A DNA stretch of 64,000 bases from Isurus oxyrinchus (Eukaryota), in the NCBI GenBank assembly GCA_026770705.1, contig JANJGN010000034.1, forward strand, positions 3,906,001 to 3,970,000, in the 5' to 3' direction. Within the stretch, counting starts at the first letter, position 1. The number at the start of each line of letters is the position of its first letter. Below are positions 50,181-63,153 of the stretch, piece by piece. The notes beneath the pieces are model-generated. The model saw only the letters and a program-made list of their open reading frames with translations, was not told the origin of the DNA and did no database searches. A program made the translations under genes and the position numbers.

Positions 50181-51369
50181 AAGATAATGCTGCTCCCAGC
50201 CTTGTTGTTTGGATACATGGCTATTGAGATTAACTGCTGAATTTGAGTATGCGAGATGCAAGTTCAAAACTTGAAGGTGACAAAAAATTAAGGAGGATGT
50301 GTTGCAACACATGGCGAAACAAATTTCAAGAATATATATATAGAACAGTGAAATTATCAGACATATGATACAGAAGTGTAAAAGAGAGAAGTGTGAAATT
50401 AAAGATCTTGGCAGCAAAGACGCAGAAAAGAAATATAAAATGCATACATATACTAAAGCGAAGTGTCCAAGAAAGCTATTGAATGTGGTTGCATTTAAAC
50501 AACATGGACGGGGGCATAACAGAAGAGAAAGCTGTTAAAGAATCCAAATTGGTTCCTTCACGTGTTTCTGAAGTGTTAGCAGCATAAATGTAAATTAATT
50601 ATAAGAAGCCTCTAACGTGCACTCACGGCAATGCATCTAACTACCAAGATCAATTTTTGGAGCTGCTGTTCACTGCAAAACAAGAGACATAGTCAACACA
50701 CAGATGTGAAGTCCTTGAATAATAATGCAGATGGGGAAATTTGGTCACGTGGAATGAATGGAGAAGTCGGATGTTGTTGCTGGAGGAGAGAAGATTAAGT
50801 AAAGAATTAATTAATACTTAATTCATTTAATCATTAATTAAAAAATAATAATGCATAAGACGAGACAGATCATTAGCTGTGGCTGAATAGTCGGTGTCAA
50901 AAAGGTGTGAAAGGCAGATGGCTGAGCTCTCTAACGGACTCTTGAATAGTGCAAGCATAACCAAAATATGTCTAATTACGTCTGTTCTTGGTGATGCATT
51001 GTGAGATTCTTTTAAATCCTATTGATGAAAAATAGTTACAACATAATGTTGGCATCAACTAGATTCATTCTGCATGCTCATTGATGAAAGCACAAAACAA
51101 ATGGGGGGAACTGCACGCGTAGATATTATCAAGATGAAAAACTAGCTAATTTGAGTGAATGGTAATTTGAGGGAGGTTTACATTCACGATCTGCCGAATT
51201 GCGCTGTTCAGGTCATTAATTTTGATCAACGTAAATCCCATTTCCCTGGTGTTGTTTACATTACAAAAAGCTCGATTTAATTCACCGCAGGTACAACATT
51301 CTCATTATCAGCTTGTACAGTGTAGGGTACGCCTAATAGCCAAACTTTTTTTTTCAAACCAATTGTTAC

Positions 51370-51396
51370 CTGTGGCAGGATAAAATGACAAACCAG
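51370..51396 (-). CDS. Possible 27-nt micro-exon, (A)GLSFYPAT
   Basis: ccaactccag|CTGGTTTGTCATTTTATCCTGCCACAG|gtaac; right length and phase but no clear class similarity. Confidence 0.3.
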
Positions 51397-53059
51397 CTGG
51401 AGTTGGCAAAGCGAGTTCAGCAAGTCTTTAGCACCTTTTTCCTGAGCTTCATTTGGGACCAACCTTAACTTGGATAGTTAGTCAGCAAGCTCCTGGAACC
51501 GCTTGCAGCTTTTGTGCGATGCAGCTTCCAAAGCTATATTTGAAGAAGATGGCTAGACTAGTTTTAGCACCGTTCTTCTGCATTGCGTAGTGGCCAGCAA
51601 GTTTGTCCGCATAGGCAATCAATCAAATCATACTTAATATCAATATCTCCCCAAGTCCCGCTTCGCCAATGAAAAGCATTAACAATTTATACAATGCCTC
51701 CACATCAGAAAGCATTTAAACGATCTTGAGCGGCGCATTATAAAGGCAAATATGCCACAGAGGCACAAAGAGTTAAGTTTTCAGCAGCATTGTAAAGCAG
51801 GGAAGACAATCTGAGATGTGGAACTATGCAAATGAAAGAAAAACAGATCCCAAGCCCAGAAAAGGTTAATGAGGTACAATCAATGATGACGTAACTAAAA
51901 TCAGGGTTGTTCCACAAATCATAATGAGAAGATTGCAGTTTCCCTGCAATGCTGCAGAAGTAGGAAGCAGTGAAGCACTGGAGGGATTTGAGAAGGAAAA
52001 ATGAAAATTACAATGAAGCAATGCTTTGCTTCACTGTTAGCCATTAAGGCCATTGAGAATCAGGGGCATTGGTACATTGAATTTATTGTGAGCTGGAAAA
52101 ACAACAGCCCATTTTTAGATTGTTTCAACATAGCAAATTGTAAGAATTGATAGGCAAATGGTGTGTGTCACTGTAACAGTTGAGCTTAGTCAAGAACAGA
52201 GTCAGACCCAGTGTAATGAATTTGAAAATAGTCTGCATTCATGATGGCATGGGTCTGCAGTTGGAAGCTCAATTGAGATTCATATATACCAGCAATTAAT
52301 TAATTTGGCTGCATCAACATGGACATGAAATGGATCACAAGCTGCTTGTATTATTCCTCATTTTCTCCTTATTTAAAGTTGCATGTGTCTGGACCAAAGT
52401 GTCGCTGCTATAGCTCACAAGATTCAAAAGTTAGAAACATTTCTGGAAAGTGGCAAATTGATTACAGACAAAAGAGATCATAACATGACAGAAAGTCACG
52501 TTAATTTTGAGGAGGATGAATGTGGGCCAAAAGTAGTGTCTTAAAATTACGTAAAACAATTACAACGCCTTTGACACTATGTGGGCAGCAGTGGACGGGC
52601 AGGATAGTTTAAAGGAACTGTGATTTAGAAGCAGTAGTCGATATTTAATGAGGTTTATCAGCAAAGATTTATTACATTTAGAAAAAAGTACACAGTGTCT
52701 CCCTGAGCAATATGCAGCAAGCTTGTCGAGGAATGCAATTAAAATATGGTCTCAAATAATAGAAAAACGAAATGTGCTGTGAATTGCTTTTGTGAGGCAA
52801 CGGATTGGTTTTAAAATGCGCCATAATACAGAGTAATATATTAAAATATTAGAAAAAGTAGCTAGTAATATCAAACAGACAGTAGAAATCTTCTCAATGT
52901 AATTAAAAATAACATACTTTTAAAATAGTTGTTGCATCTTTTGATCATGAGACTGTGCAATTCATAATGGTAAAAAAATAGATGTCGTAGGCGTTTTAAC
53001 AAAAATTATGCAGCGACATTCACATAGAATATTAAGGAAAACCTTCTCAAGTATACCAA

Positions 53060-53640
53060 GAATTTAAGGGATATTAGGGAGGAAGGGGATAAAAAAAAAT
53101 CAACATCACTAGGGAAAAAATTGCAAGGAATACAAATGAGAATCAGTTCTTGCTTGACTCGAAGAAATGACAGCATTGATCCCAGACTTGTAAAATAATT
53201 GACTACTAAGATATTTCTCTATTCTTTGCAAGCTTGAAAATTTCCAATATTCTGATTGGAGAACGGCAAATGTAACGCCGATATGCAAGAAACAAATAAG
53301 CAAACGAAAATTTGGAAAAAGAAACAGGAGGCCAGTTAGCTGAAAATTTATTTAAATGGGGAATTTCTGGAGTCCATCATTAATTAAACTATATCAGGCA
53401 TTAATTAAATCATTATACAACTAGACAAATTGCTTCAAAAGGGAATCATACAAGACAAATATATTATAGGAATTATGGGAAGATATTCCAAGCAGGGTGC
53501 ATAAAGGAAAACCCACAGATATAGTTTCAATGGATTTCCAAACTATATTCGATAAGGTGTCACGTAAAGCAACATACAAGTTATTTCTGCTCAGATGATA
53601 AATGATCTGGGATAAAGAACAATCTAAGTACCGTGAAATG
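53060..53640 (+). mobile_element. CR1 RT fragment
   Basis: DWRTANVTPICKK; MDFQTIFDKVS. Confidence 0.75.
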
Positions 53641-55397
53641 AAGTGATTGTTTTTTTAAGCATGGCAAACCTTAACTAATGCAGCACCTTTGGGAACAATG
53701 TTGTCCGTTCAAATGTTTACGATCTCTGTTAATGAGATGGGTGAAGAGTGATGTGATTCGTTGTGAAATCTTCTCAAAATACGAAATGTGATGAAAGCAC
53801 GTTATTAGAAACATACAAATGGCTGCCCATTGGTGTAGGTGTGTGGAGTGAGTGGGGTAACAGCAGATAGGATACACTGGTAGAATGGCAGGTTGTCCAC
53901 TGCTGCAGGAATAATAGAAACACATACAGCTATCTGAATAAGGCTAGAGGTGGCATTATAGCTCTGCAACCTCCTCGTGTCCACTTCACAAAGCACTTTC
54001 CTACCTACCTTGCGTCATCTGCAAATTAAGCTACAATACCATCGCTTCAATCATCTCAGTCATTCATGTAAATTGTAAAATGTTGAGGCCCTAGCACAGA
54101 ATCCTGCGGGTCTCCACTCATCATAACCTGTTAATCAAAAAGACTTGTATGCATACACTTTGCTTTCTGCCAGTCACCGATTCTTCTATCGTCACCATGA
54201 GCAATTAATTTTCAAAATAACCTTCCAAGTGGAACCTTCTATAATACCTTACTGGAAATCCAAATATAGTGTGCCTAAAGACTCCCCTTCATCCACTGCG
54301 CATGTTCTTACTGAAAAATTAAACAATAACATGTCTAATCAGGATTTCCCTTTCACATGACTATAATGCCTCCTCCTGATTATGATGAGATTTCCTAATT
54401 GCTCAGATATAACATCATTAATGATTGATTCTAACAACTTCCAAATGAAAAACGCCAGGGTAACTAGTCTATTTATTCTTATTTTCTGCATCCCTCTCGC
54501 TTTGAGTTGAATGATTAGAATTGTTACTTTCCAGCGTGTTGGGCAATTTATGGAATAGGGTGAATATTGTAAAATTATCGCCATCACTTCTCCTCTTTCA
54601 TTAGGCAGATCCTTTAAAACCATATGATGTAATCTGTCAGGTAGCGACACATTGCCATCCCGCAGCTCTCTCAGTTTGTTGAGTAACTTTTCCCTATTGA
54701 TTTCAATTTTACCAAACTGCTCTCTCCCTTTCACCTCCTGATTTGCAGCTATTAGTGGAATGGGTTTTGTATCCTTTACATTGAACATGGAAGCAAAATA
54801 CTTGTTCATTTCTTTGCTCATTTGCTTATTAACTAGTGGTAACTACCCAAGGTCACTACATAGAGGAATTGACTTATTCTTATGCTTGTTAAGTATCTGT
54901 AGAAACCTTTGTTACCCATTTTTAACTTTTCTAGCTATTTTCCTCTCATACTCTGATTTAGGTCTCCTGATTTAAATCTCAGTCGTTCTCTGCCGTTTTT
55001 TATATTCTGACCAAGCATTGGCTCTGCAACTCCTTTTCGTTCAGTTACATTATTTTCCTTAAGACTGATGTTTTCCTTAACTTCTTTAGTTAACCATGGA
55101 TGATGGGACGGAACCTGAGAATTTTTCTTTACAGTGGGAAAACACTTGTAATGACTAATCTAAAATATCCCGTCATATGTCTGGCGCTGCTTCTCTCTTG
55201 ATCTATCATCTAGTCTAGTATCCATGTTAACTTCAACTAACTGAACATACTTGTCCACGTAGTTGTCCATATTTATGTTTAGGATACTACTCTTAGACCC
55301 ACTGTTCGCCCTGTCAAACAGGAAGTAATATTTAAAACAAAAACAGAAATACCTGGAGAAACTCAGCAGGTCTGGCAGCATTGGCGCAGAAGAAAAG

Positions 55398-55436
55398 AGT
55401 TGAAGTTTCGAGTCCTCAAGACCCTTCAGCAGAACT
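55398..55436 (-). ncRNA. Hammerhead-like motif in pLTR
   Basis: agtt CTGCTGA a gggtc ttgag gactc GAAAC TTC aact. Confidence 0.5.
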
Positions 55437-55829
55437 GGGTGATTCCAAGGAGCAGGGCGAAATATAAGCTGTTTTAAGGTGGTGGTGGTGGTGGGGGCGG
55501 GGGGGGGGGGGGGGGGCGCAGGTGGTGGGGGAGGGCAGTTTGCTGGGGGGAGAAAAGTGAAGGGGGGTGGAGCAGATAAACAAAGTATGCAAATGACAAA
55601 AGAACACAGAGGTGAAGAAGTTGGTGATATTATCTAAACGAATTGTGCCAATTCAGAAAGGATGGTAGGACACACAAGGTAGAGCTCTAGTGGGGGTGGG
55701 GGGCATAAAGGACTTAAAAATAATGGAACTTGGTGGGAAAAGAGAAATCTATATAAATTAATGGAAAAATAGAACAAAAGGAAGGGGGAAGAAACAGAAA
55801 AGGGGGTGGTGATGGAGGATGGAGTTCAA

Positions 55830-58245
55830 GATTTAAAGTTGTTGAATTCAATATTCAGTCTGGAAGGCTGTACAATGCTTGGTCGGAAGAAGAGGTGCTG
55901 TTCCTCCAGTTTGCGTTGGGCTTCAGTATGGCAATGCAGTAAAACAAGGAAAGACATGTGGGCAAGAGAGCAGGGTGGGGTCTTAAAATGGCAAAAGACA
56001 GGGAGGTTTGGGTCATTCTTGCCGACAGACCGCAGGTGTTCTTCAAAGCGGTCGCCCAGTTTACGTTTGGTCTATATAATGTAGAGGAGACCGCATTGGG
56101 AGCAATAAATGCAGTAGACTAAGTTGGGGGAAATACAAGTGATATGCTGCTTCATTTGAAAGGAGAGTTTGAGCCCTTGTTCGGTGAGGAGAGAGTAAGT
56201 GGAGGGTCAGGTGTTGCAACTTTTGCGTGGGCATGGGAAGTTGCCATAGATGGGGATTGAGGAGTAAGGGGTGATGGAGGAGTGGACCAGGGTGCCCCGG
56301 ATGGAAGGATTCCTACAGAATGCCGCCCGGGAGGGTTAAGGGAAGATGTGTTTGTGGGTGGCATCTTGCTGGATTTGCTGGAAAGGGCAGAGGATGATCC
56401 TATGAATGTGGAGGCTGGTGGGGTGATAGGTGAGGGCAAGGGGGACACTATCATGTTTCTGGGAAGGAGGAGAAGGCATGAGGGTGAATGTGTGGGAGAT
56501 GGGCCGGAAATGGGTGAGGGCCCTGTCAACGACCGTGGGTGGAAAACCTTAGTTAAGGAAGAAGGAGGAAATGTCAAAGGAACTGTTTTTGAAGGTAAAA
56601 TCATCAAAACAGATGCAACGGAGGCGATGGAACTGAGAGAATGGGATGGAGTCCTTAGAGGAAACGGCGTGTGAGGAGTTGTAGTTGAGGTAGCATTGCG
56701 AGTTGGTAGGCTTTTAATAGATATTGGTGGACAGTCTATCACCAGATAATGAGACAGAGAGTTCAAGGAAGGGAAGGGAAGTGTCAGAGATGGACATGTG
56801 AACATGATGGAGGAGTGGAGATTGGAAGCAAAATTAATAAATTTTTCCAAGTCCCGACGGGAACATGAAGCAGCACCAAAGTAATCATCGCTGTACTGGA
56901 GAAAGAATTGTGGAAGAGAGCTGGAGTAGGACTAGAAAAAGGAATGTTCCACATACCCTATAAAGAGACAGGCAAAGCTGGAGCCCATGCGTGTACCCAT
57001 AGCCACAAGTTTTATTTGGAGCAAGTAAGAAGAGTTGAAGGAGAAATTGTTCATTGTGAAAACAAGTTCAGCCTGACGGTGGAGAGTTGTGGTGGATGGG
57101 GTTTGTTCGGGCCTCTGTTCGAGGAAGAAGCTAAGTGCAATCAGACCATCATGGTCGGGGATGGAGGTGTAGAGTGATTGGTCGTCCATGGTGAAGAGAA
57201 AGCAGTTGGTGCTAGGGAACTGGAAAATGTTGACGTGACGTAAGATGTCAGAGGAATCACAGATGTAGCTGGGAAGGGAATGGACAAGGGGAGAGAGAAG
57301 GGAGTCAAGATAATGAGAAATGAGTTCCCTGGGGCAGGAGCAAGCTGACATGATCGACCTATCAGAAGAGTTATGTTTGTTGAATTTTGGTAGGAGGTTG
57401 AAGCAGGCCGTCTGAGGTTGGGCGACTATCATGTTTAAAGCTGTGGGAGGAAGATCTCCAGAGGAGATGAGATAAGTGACAGTCCTGGAAAAAATTGCTT
57501 GATGTTCTGTGGTGAGGTGATGGTCCTGGGAGAGGTAGGAGGATGTGTCCGTGGGTTGACGCTCAGCCTCAGCGAGGTAGAGGTCAGTGCGCCAGACAAC
57601 AACAGCACAACCCATGTCAGTGGGTTTGATGACAATGTTGGGGTTGGACCTCAGAGAATGGAGTGCAGTAAGTTCATAGAGAGACACTTTAGAATGGCTG
57701 AGAGGAGCAGAGAAATTGAGATGACTAATGTCGCACTGACAGTTCTCAATGAAGTGATCAAGAGAAGGTAAGAATCCAGGTGGAGGGGTCCTGGTGGAGG
57801 GAGAATATTGGAGATGTGTAAAAGGATCCATGGAACGAGGAGAGGACTCCTGCCCAAGTAAGTGAGCCTGGCGATGAAGACGGCGGATGAAGAGTTCAGC
57901 ATCCTGCCGAGCCCGACATTCATTGAGATGAGGGCATAAGGATATGAACCTAAGTCCTTTGGTGAGCACTGAACGTTCAGTTTCAGAGAGTGGAACGTCA
58001 AGTGGTATAGTGAATAAATGGCTGGGGCTGGGATTGGAAGTTGAGATGGGGACTGAGGGACAGGCAGGGGTAGAGGGTCCTACGTAGATGTTGGTGTTGA
58101 TGAATTGTTGGAGCTTGCGTTCCTTAGCACTTGAGAGAAAGAGAACAAGTTTCTTGTTGAGACGTCGGATGAGATGAAGAATAAAATGAAGGGTATGGCG
58201 GTGCTGCTGAAGGGAGAGGTCGAGTGTGTTCATATGCCGGTGCAT
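55830..58245 (-). pseudogene. Penelope reverse transcriptase plus GIY-YIG endonuclease (frameshifted)
   Basis: FTMDDQSLYTSIP, VAMGTRMG, FLQYSDDYFGAA (about 56870-56905); CIYCSQCGLLYI..TKRKLGDRFEEH. Confidence 0.9.
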
Positions 58246-58684
58246 GGTACTGAGTGTGGAACTCAGAATGTGACGGGAACAGCAATCCGAGAAACGTTTT
58301 ATGTCGTAGATGTACCTTTAATCCTGGGTGGGTATGAAACGAGAGGGATGGAATTTCAGTTGAAATCCACGTGGGGTATGTCAGAGACGGAGACATTCAC
58401 TGAGAATGGAGATATGGCTGTGAAAGGGGGTTTTAGTAGACACCTTGTCAAACACCAGGAGAGAAATGGAAAGCAATGAAGGTGAACAAGGCGAAAGAGA
58501 GATACAGAAATCTTGACGCAGAGACGATCAAAACTTATTCAAGGTAGGCATTTCTTGAAGAGCAGTGGCATTCAATTAAACAAAGAAATAAAAACAAAAA
58601 ACTGCGGATGCTGGAAATCCAAAACAAAAACAGAATTACCTGGAAAAACACAGCAGCTCAGGCAGCATCAGCGGAGAAGAAAAG

Positions 58685-58723
58685 ATTTGACGTTTCTAAA
58701 CCTCATGACCTTTCAGCAGAACT
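58685..58723 (-). ncRNA. Degenerate hammerhead-like motif in upstream pLTR
   Basis: agtt CTGCTGA aaggtc atgag gttta GAAAC GTC aaat. Confidence 0.4.
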
Positions 58724-61700
58724 GGGTGAATCCAATGAGAGGGGTGAAATATAAGCTGGTTATGGTGAGTGTGTGTGTGTGTGTGTGTGTGTGAGTGGGT
58801 GGTGGTGGGGGCGGGGTTGGGTGGGTGGAGGGGATGGTGTGGTTATAGGGATAAGCAAGCAGTGATAGGAGCAGATAAACAAAATATGCCAATGACAAAA
58901 GAACAAAAGAACGCAGAGGTGTTGAAGTTGGTCTTATTATGTAAACGAATGTGCTAATTAAGAATGGATGGTAGGGCACTCAAGGTAGAGCTCCAGTGGG
59001 GATGGAGGGCATAAAAGACTTAAAAATAATGGAAATTGGTGGGAAAAGAGAAATCTATATAAATTAATGAAAAAAAAAGCAAAAGGAAGGGGGAAGAAAC
59101 AGAAAAGGGGTGGTGATGGAGGAGGGAGTTCAAGATCTAAAGTTGTTGAATTCAATATTCATTCTGGAAAGCTGTAAAGTGCCAAGTTGGAAGAGGAGGT
59201 GCTGTTCCTCCAGTTTGCGTTGGGATTTACTAGAACAGTGCAGCAAGCCAAGGACAAACATGTGGGCAAGAGAGCAGGGTGGAGTGTTAAAATGGCAAGC
59301 AACAGGGATGTTTGAATCATTCTTGCAGACAGACCGCAGGTTTTCTGCAAGGCAGTCGCCCAGTTTACGTTTGGTCTCTCCAATGTGGAGGTGAGCACAT
59401 TGGGAGCAACGAATGCAGCAGACTAATTTGGGGCAAATGCAAGTGAAATGCTGTTTCACTTGAAAGGAGTGTTTGGGCCCTTGGACGGGGGAGAGAGAGG
59501 AAGTGAAGGGGCAGGTGTTGCATCTTTTGCGTGGCCATCGGGAGGTGCCATTGGTGGGGGTTGAGGAGTAGGGAGTTATGGAAGAGTGGACCAGGGTGTG
59601 CCGTATTGCTGGATGGAACGATCCCTACAGAATGCCACCGGGGGTGGGGGGGGGGGGGGGGTGGTGAAGGGGTGGTAGGGGGTGGGGGAGGGGGCAGGGA
59701 GGTGGGGTTTGAAGGGAAGGTCTGTTTGGTGGTTGCATCAAGCTTATTCAAGCTTAATATTCAAGTAATATCAGTAATATTCAAGCTTATTGTTGTCTCT
59801 GCTATCTAAGGCAACCTTTGCTCTGCGGCCATTAATTAATCCTGTCGCGTTACCAATTCCAAGTTGAACGTTACCTGCAGAACATGCTGCTCTGAGGATC
59901 TATCTCCAAATATTTATAAGAGCTCTGCAGCCAGGCTCCGACTAACAATCTTATTTTGCTGTTCCATTTGTAGATATAAAATCGCATATGAATATTTCCG
60001 CCCCTTTATCACAATCAGACAATTTTTCCTCTTGAATACTTTGCCATACAGTTTGCCAGATGTTAGGAGAACAGTTAGAGAGCACTCCCACGAGTGATTT
60101 TTCCCCAAGTATGATTAGCCTCCGATTCTACTTCCTTATCTCCTGCCTTGAGATCATCTCTAACTATTGCAGTAATGCGGTCTTTGATTAACGGTTCTAC
60201 CCCTCTAACTTTAGCTAATGACTTATTTTTCTTGAATGCCGTGTCCCTGAATCTTCAGGACTCAGTCATTGTTGTCCAGCAGCCACTACTCCTTATCTGA
60301 TATGACATAATATCTTTTCTTTTCAATGTACACCCTTAATTTGTTGTAAAAGCTGTGTGCATTCAGATACAGAACCTTCAGTTTTGTATTTTTGATACAT
60401 TTGTAATATTTAGTTTTGATTGTTAATATATTATTTTAAGTTATCTCTCTGGTCCTTCCAGCCATTCTCTGACCGTCATTTTCCATTATTACGATTTTGC
60501 TGTCCTGACTTGAGTCTACTCTTTGGATTGCTACCTCTGCCATGTCTTGATTGCTCACCCAGTTTGTTTACTTTACAGCCCTCTCAACTTCTCTAATAAT
60601 GTCATTTGCGAGGACACTCTTCCCATCACTGTTCAGATATAAACAAAATCAGTGGTACAACCCACATATCCCCCAGTACTGGTGGAATTTCCTAAAAAGC
60701 CTGAATCCAATTCTTCTACATCGGTCTTTGAGTCACGCATTCGCTTCTCTAATCTTGTTTGCCATATAAAAAATTGTACCTGTTTCACGGAATAATGAAG
60801 AGCTTATTATCTTTCAGGTACTGTTTCTTAACTTGGTAACATGCTCCACATAAAAAAAAACTTTGCAGAGCTTCGTTCTTTGATCTAGCTTTTTCGTTGG
60901 AGATTAAATGTTCCATGAAAACTGGATCCTTCCTCTCCCACTGCATTTCCTCTTCAGCCCTAAGCAGATGCCTCGAACTCTGGCAGGGGGAGGCAACAAA
61001 GCCACCTGTAGTCGTGCCCTTCGCTGGAGAAAAACGTCTCATTCGCCCTCAGTTTAATAGACAGTACTAATACTTGGTCCCTCCATTAGAATGGCTTCCT
61101 TTACCGCGGTACCATGGCAAGTCAGCTCATTCATCTTGCCGGCCTCGCTTTCACCAACATAGTTGCAAGCACATTAAACTGATTTCATAATTTTAAATGT
61201 TGAGGATTATCCATGACTTTCAGCTCGGTCGCTTTACAAGATTCACTGAGGGCCAAATCCTCCTCTCCATCAATGCTCAAGAAAACAAATGGGCCTAATC
61301 GTAAAGTTGTGTCACTCTTCTCCAAAACAGTGACCAGGTTTTTCTCCCCCTCCCTAATGTTGCACAGTGAATGAAGTTCGGCTTCTAGATAAATATTCCT
61401 GATCCGGTTTTCATCCAGCTGCTTAGATTTCCATCAGGATCTATGATTGTCATAGATTGAGTTCGCTTTCAATACCTCCCAATCCCACTTATGCAACTTG
61501 CCAGCTCTGCAGTCATTCTAACTTATTTTATTTAATAAATTTATTTATTTAGTTTAATTATTTCTGCCAATATAGAACAATATAACTTAGTTTTTGAATG
61601 AATGTACCATTCATAATTAAATGTAATACGCCTCTTAACTACACAGGTGTGTGCTTGAAATATTTGTATTAATCATGTTACTTTAATTCATTTTAATTTG

Positions 61701-62169
61701 AACGTTTTCTCTTCATTTAGAATTTTTAGATTGTTGCATTTATAGATTTATATATAGATCCAATGTATAGATACAATTGAATTCGCCATCCTAAGCCCCA
61801 TTTCACAAACTTTTCTTTGGACTTACAAGTCAGTCAAATTTTTCACGTGACGTCACATTTGCCTCCGTACAACCATCACCCACCTCACAAATACCAAACA
61901 ATTCAGCCTCGCAGCGGATGAAATTGTGAACTAGTGCGACCTTCTGCTCCCACTCCTCTGCTTCAGATTCCCAGCAAGGTTGGCCGCTCTGCACACCTGC
62001 GTGTTTATTTGTGGGCGCTCCGCAGCTCCAGACTGTTACCCGGATTTGTGGTGCGACATCCAGCAACGTAGGCTAACCTTAAATATCATTACTAGGCTCT
62101 CCTCGACGCCCAACTGCCTCCCGCAGCTGCACTCATACTACAAGCTCGGTAGTGATGATGAAATTTATT

Positions 62170-62640
62170 GAAAGAGGGAGAGAATATAAAAGTAAGGATA
62201 TCCTGAGTCAAACAGCGTTGTATAAAGCGTTCGTGTTTATGTATCAGGAAGAATTTGCTTGCATTCGGAACAATTCACGGGACTTTCGTTAGGCTGATTT
62301 CTGGGCTAAAGGGGTTGTCTTTTGAGGAATGCGTGAGAAGGTTGGGCCTCTACTCATTAGAGTTTTGGAGATTGAGAGGTGATCTTTTGAAAGAGGAAAT
62401 ATTCCGAGGGACGTTACAAGGTAGGCACTTAGAGAATATTTTCCTCATGAGGGAATCCGCATCAAGTGTGAATGGTGTAAAGCATGAAGGCGCTTATTTT
62501 TTTTAAAACTGGTATGGAGAAATCTGTGCTATCCAAGGTCAATTTGTCTTTGTGGTTCTAATTCCGGGAGAATAGTGGATGCGGGGCCAATGTATATACT
62601 CAAGGTTTAATCGAGAGGCTGTTTATCACCAAAGGAACCC
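62170..62640 (+). mobile_element. CR1 3' fragment
   Basis: FVRLISGLKGLSFEECVRRLGLYSLEFWRLRGDL. Confidence 0.85.
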
Positions 62641-63126
62641 TGCGGGAACTTGGAAAGATGGCACTCATTTCAGAGAGGATATTTTTGAATATCGCTCTAA
62701 TTTTTGTTGATTTGATTAACGAAATCAGGCTTATATTCAAGTAGGATAAAGTTAGAGCCAAAAGAGAGTTACCCCCGCCCTCATTGGCAAAAACACACGC
62801 ACGGCATTTGCGTTGGCTTAAATTTTCCCTGGGATTGCTTATCTTGAGCAATGTTGTATTCATGCCAACAATAGCCGCACTCACTTAGCCACTTGAGTTC
62901 ATCGATTTTGTACATTTTTTTGAAAAAGGCCATAATGAAATTAGAAGGTGTCTGGCCCTCATGGAACCTAATCTATGAAGCGTTAAGTTGCTTATCGTCT
63001 GTCAGTGTCTTTGCTAACCCTACAGAAGAAACCTTCTGTCACTTTGCAGTTAATCCACAATAGAAAATATGCGTGACATTTTGCCATTCAGAAATTAGGT
63101 GATAAGTTGAAACATGATTGTTTTAC

Positions 63127-63153
63127 CTGCTCTTGCTCCAAGGATCCAGTCGT
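63127..63153 (-). CDS. 27-nt micro-exon, (D)DWILGARA, linker class
   Basis: atccttgcag|ACGACTGGATCCTTGGAGCAAGAGCAG|gtaaaac; same ttgcag/gtaaaac flanks as 19182-19208. Confidence 0.6.

Larger units (their letters stand above)
55333..59736 (-). mobile_element. Near full-length Penelope-like element with upstream direct pseudo-LTR (about 58586-59736)
   Basis: RT and GIY-YIG ORF pieces; 58.6-59.7 kb duplicates 55.3-56.4 kb; 9-bp TSD agtaatatt at 55324-55332 and 59773-59781. Confidence 0.95.
54030..61560 (-). mobile_element. Long decayed CR1 LINE split by the Penelope insertion
   Basis: RT-region peptide 54339-54821 (LNKYFAS-like, PDRLHHMVLK, KLLESII) continues beyond 59782 into EN/ORF1-like sequence. 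Confidence 0.75.
274..63153 (-). other. Putative micro-exon gene (partial; start and end not seen) encoding a repetitive coiled-coil/Cys-bearing protein
   Basis: At least 15 minus-strand segments bounded by pyrimidine tract+AG and GT donor, lengths multiples of 3 (21/27/30/36 nt), stop-free in phase 1, falling into paralogous classes; no comparable series seen on + strand. Confidence 0.7.

Noticed and set aside
61476-61506. 31-nt exon-like segment starting AGCTG on minus strand
   Set aside because: Lies at the decayed CR1 ORF1 start and is not frame-preserving
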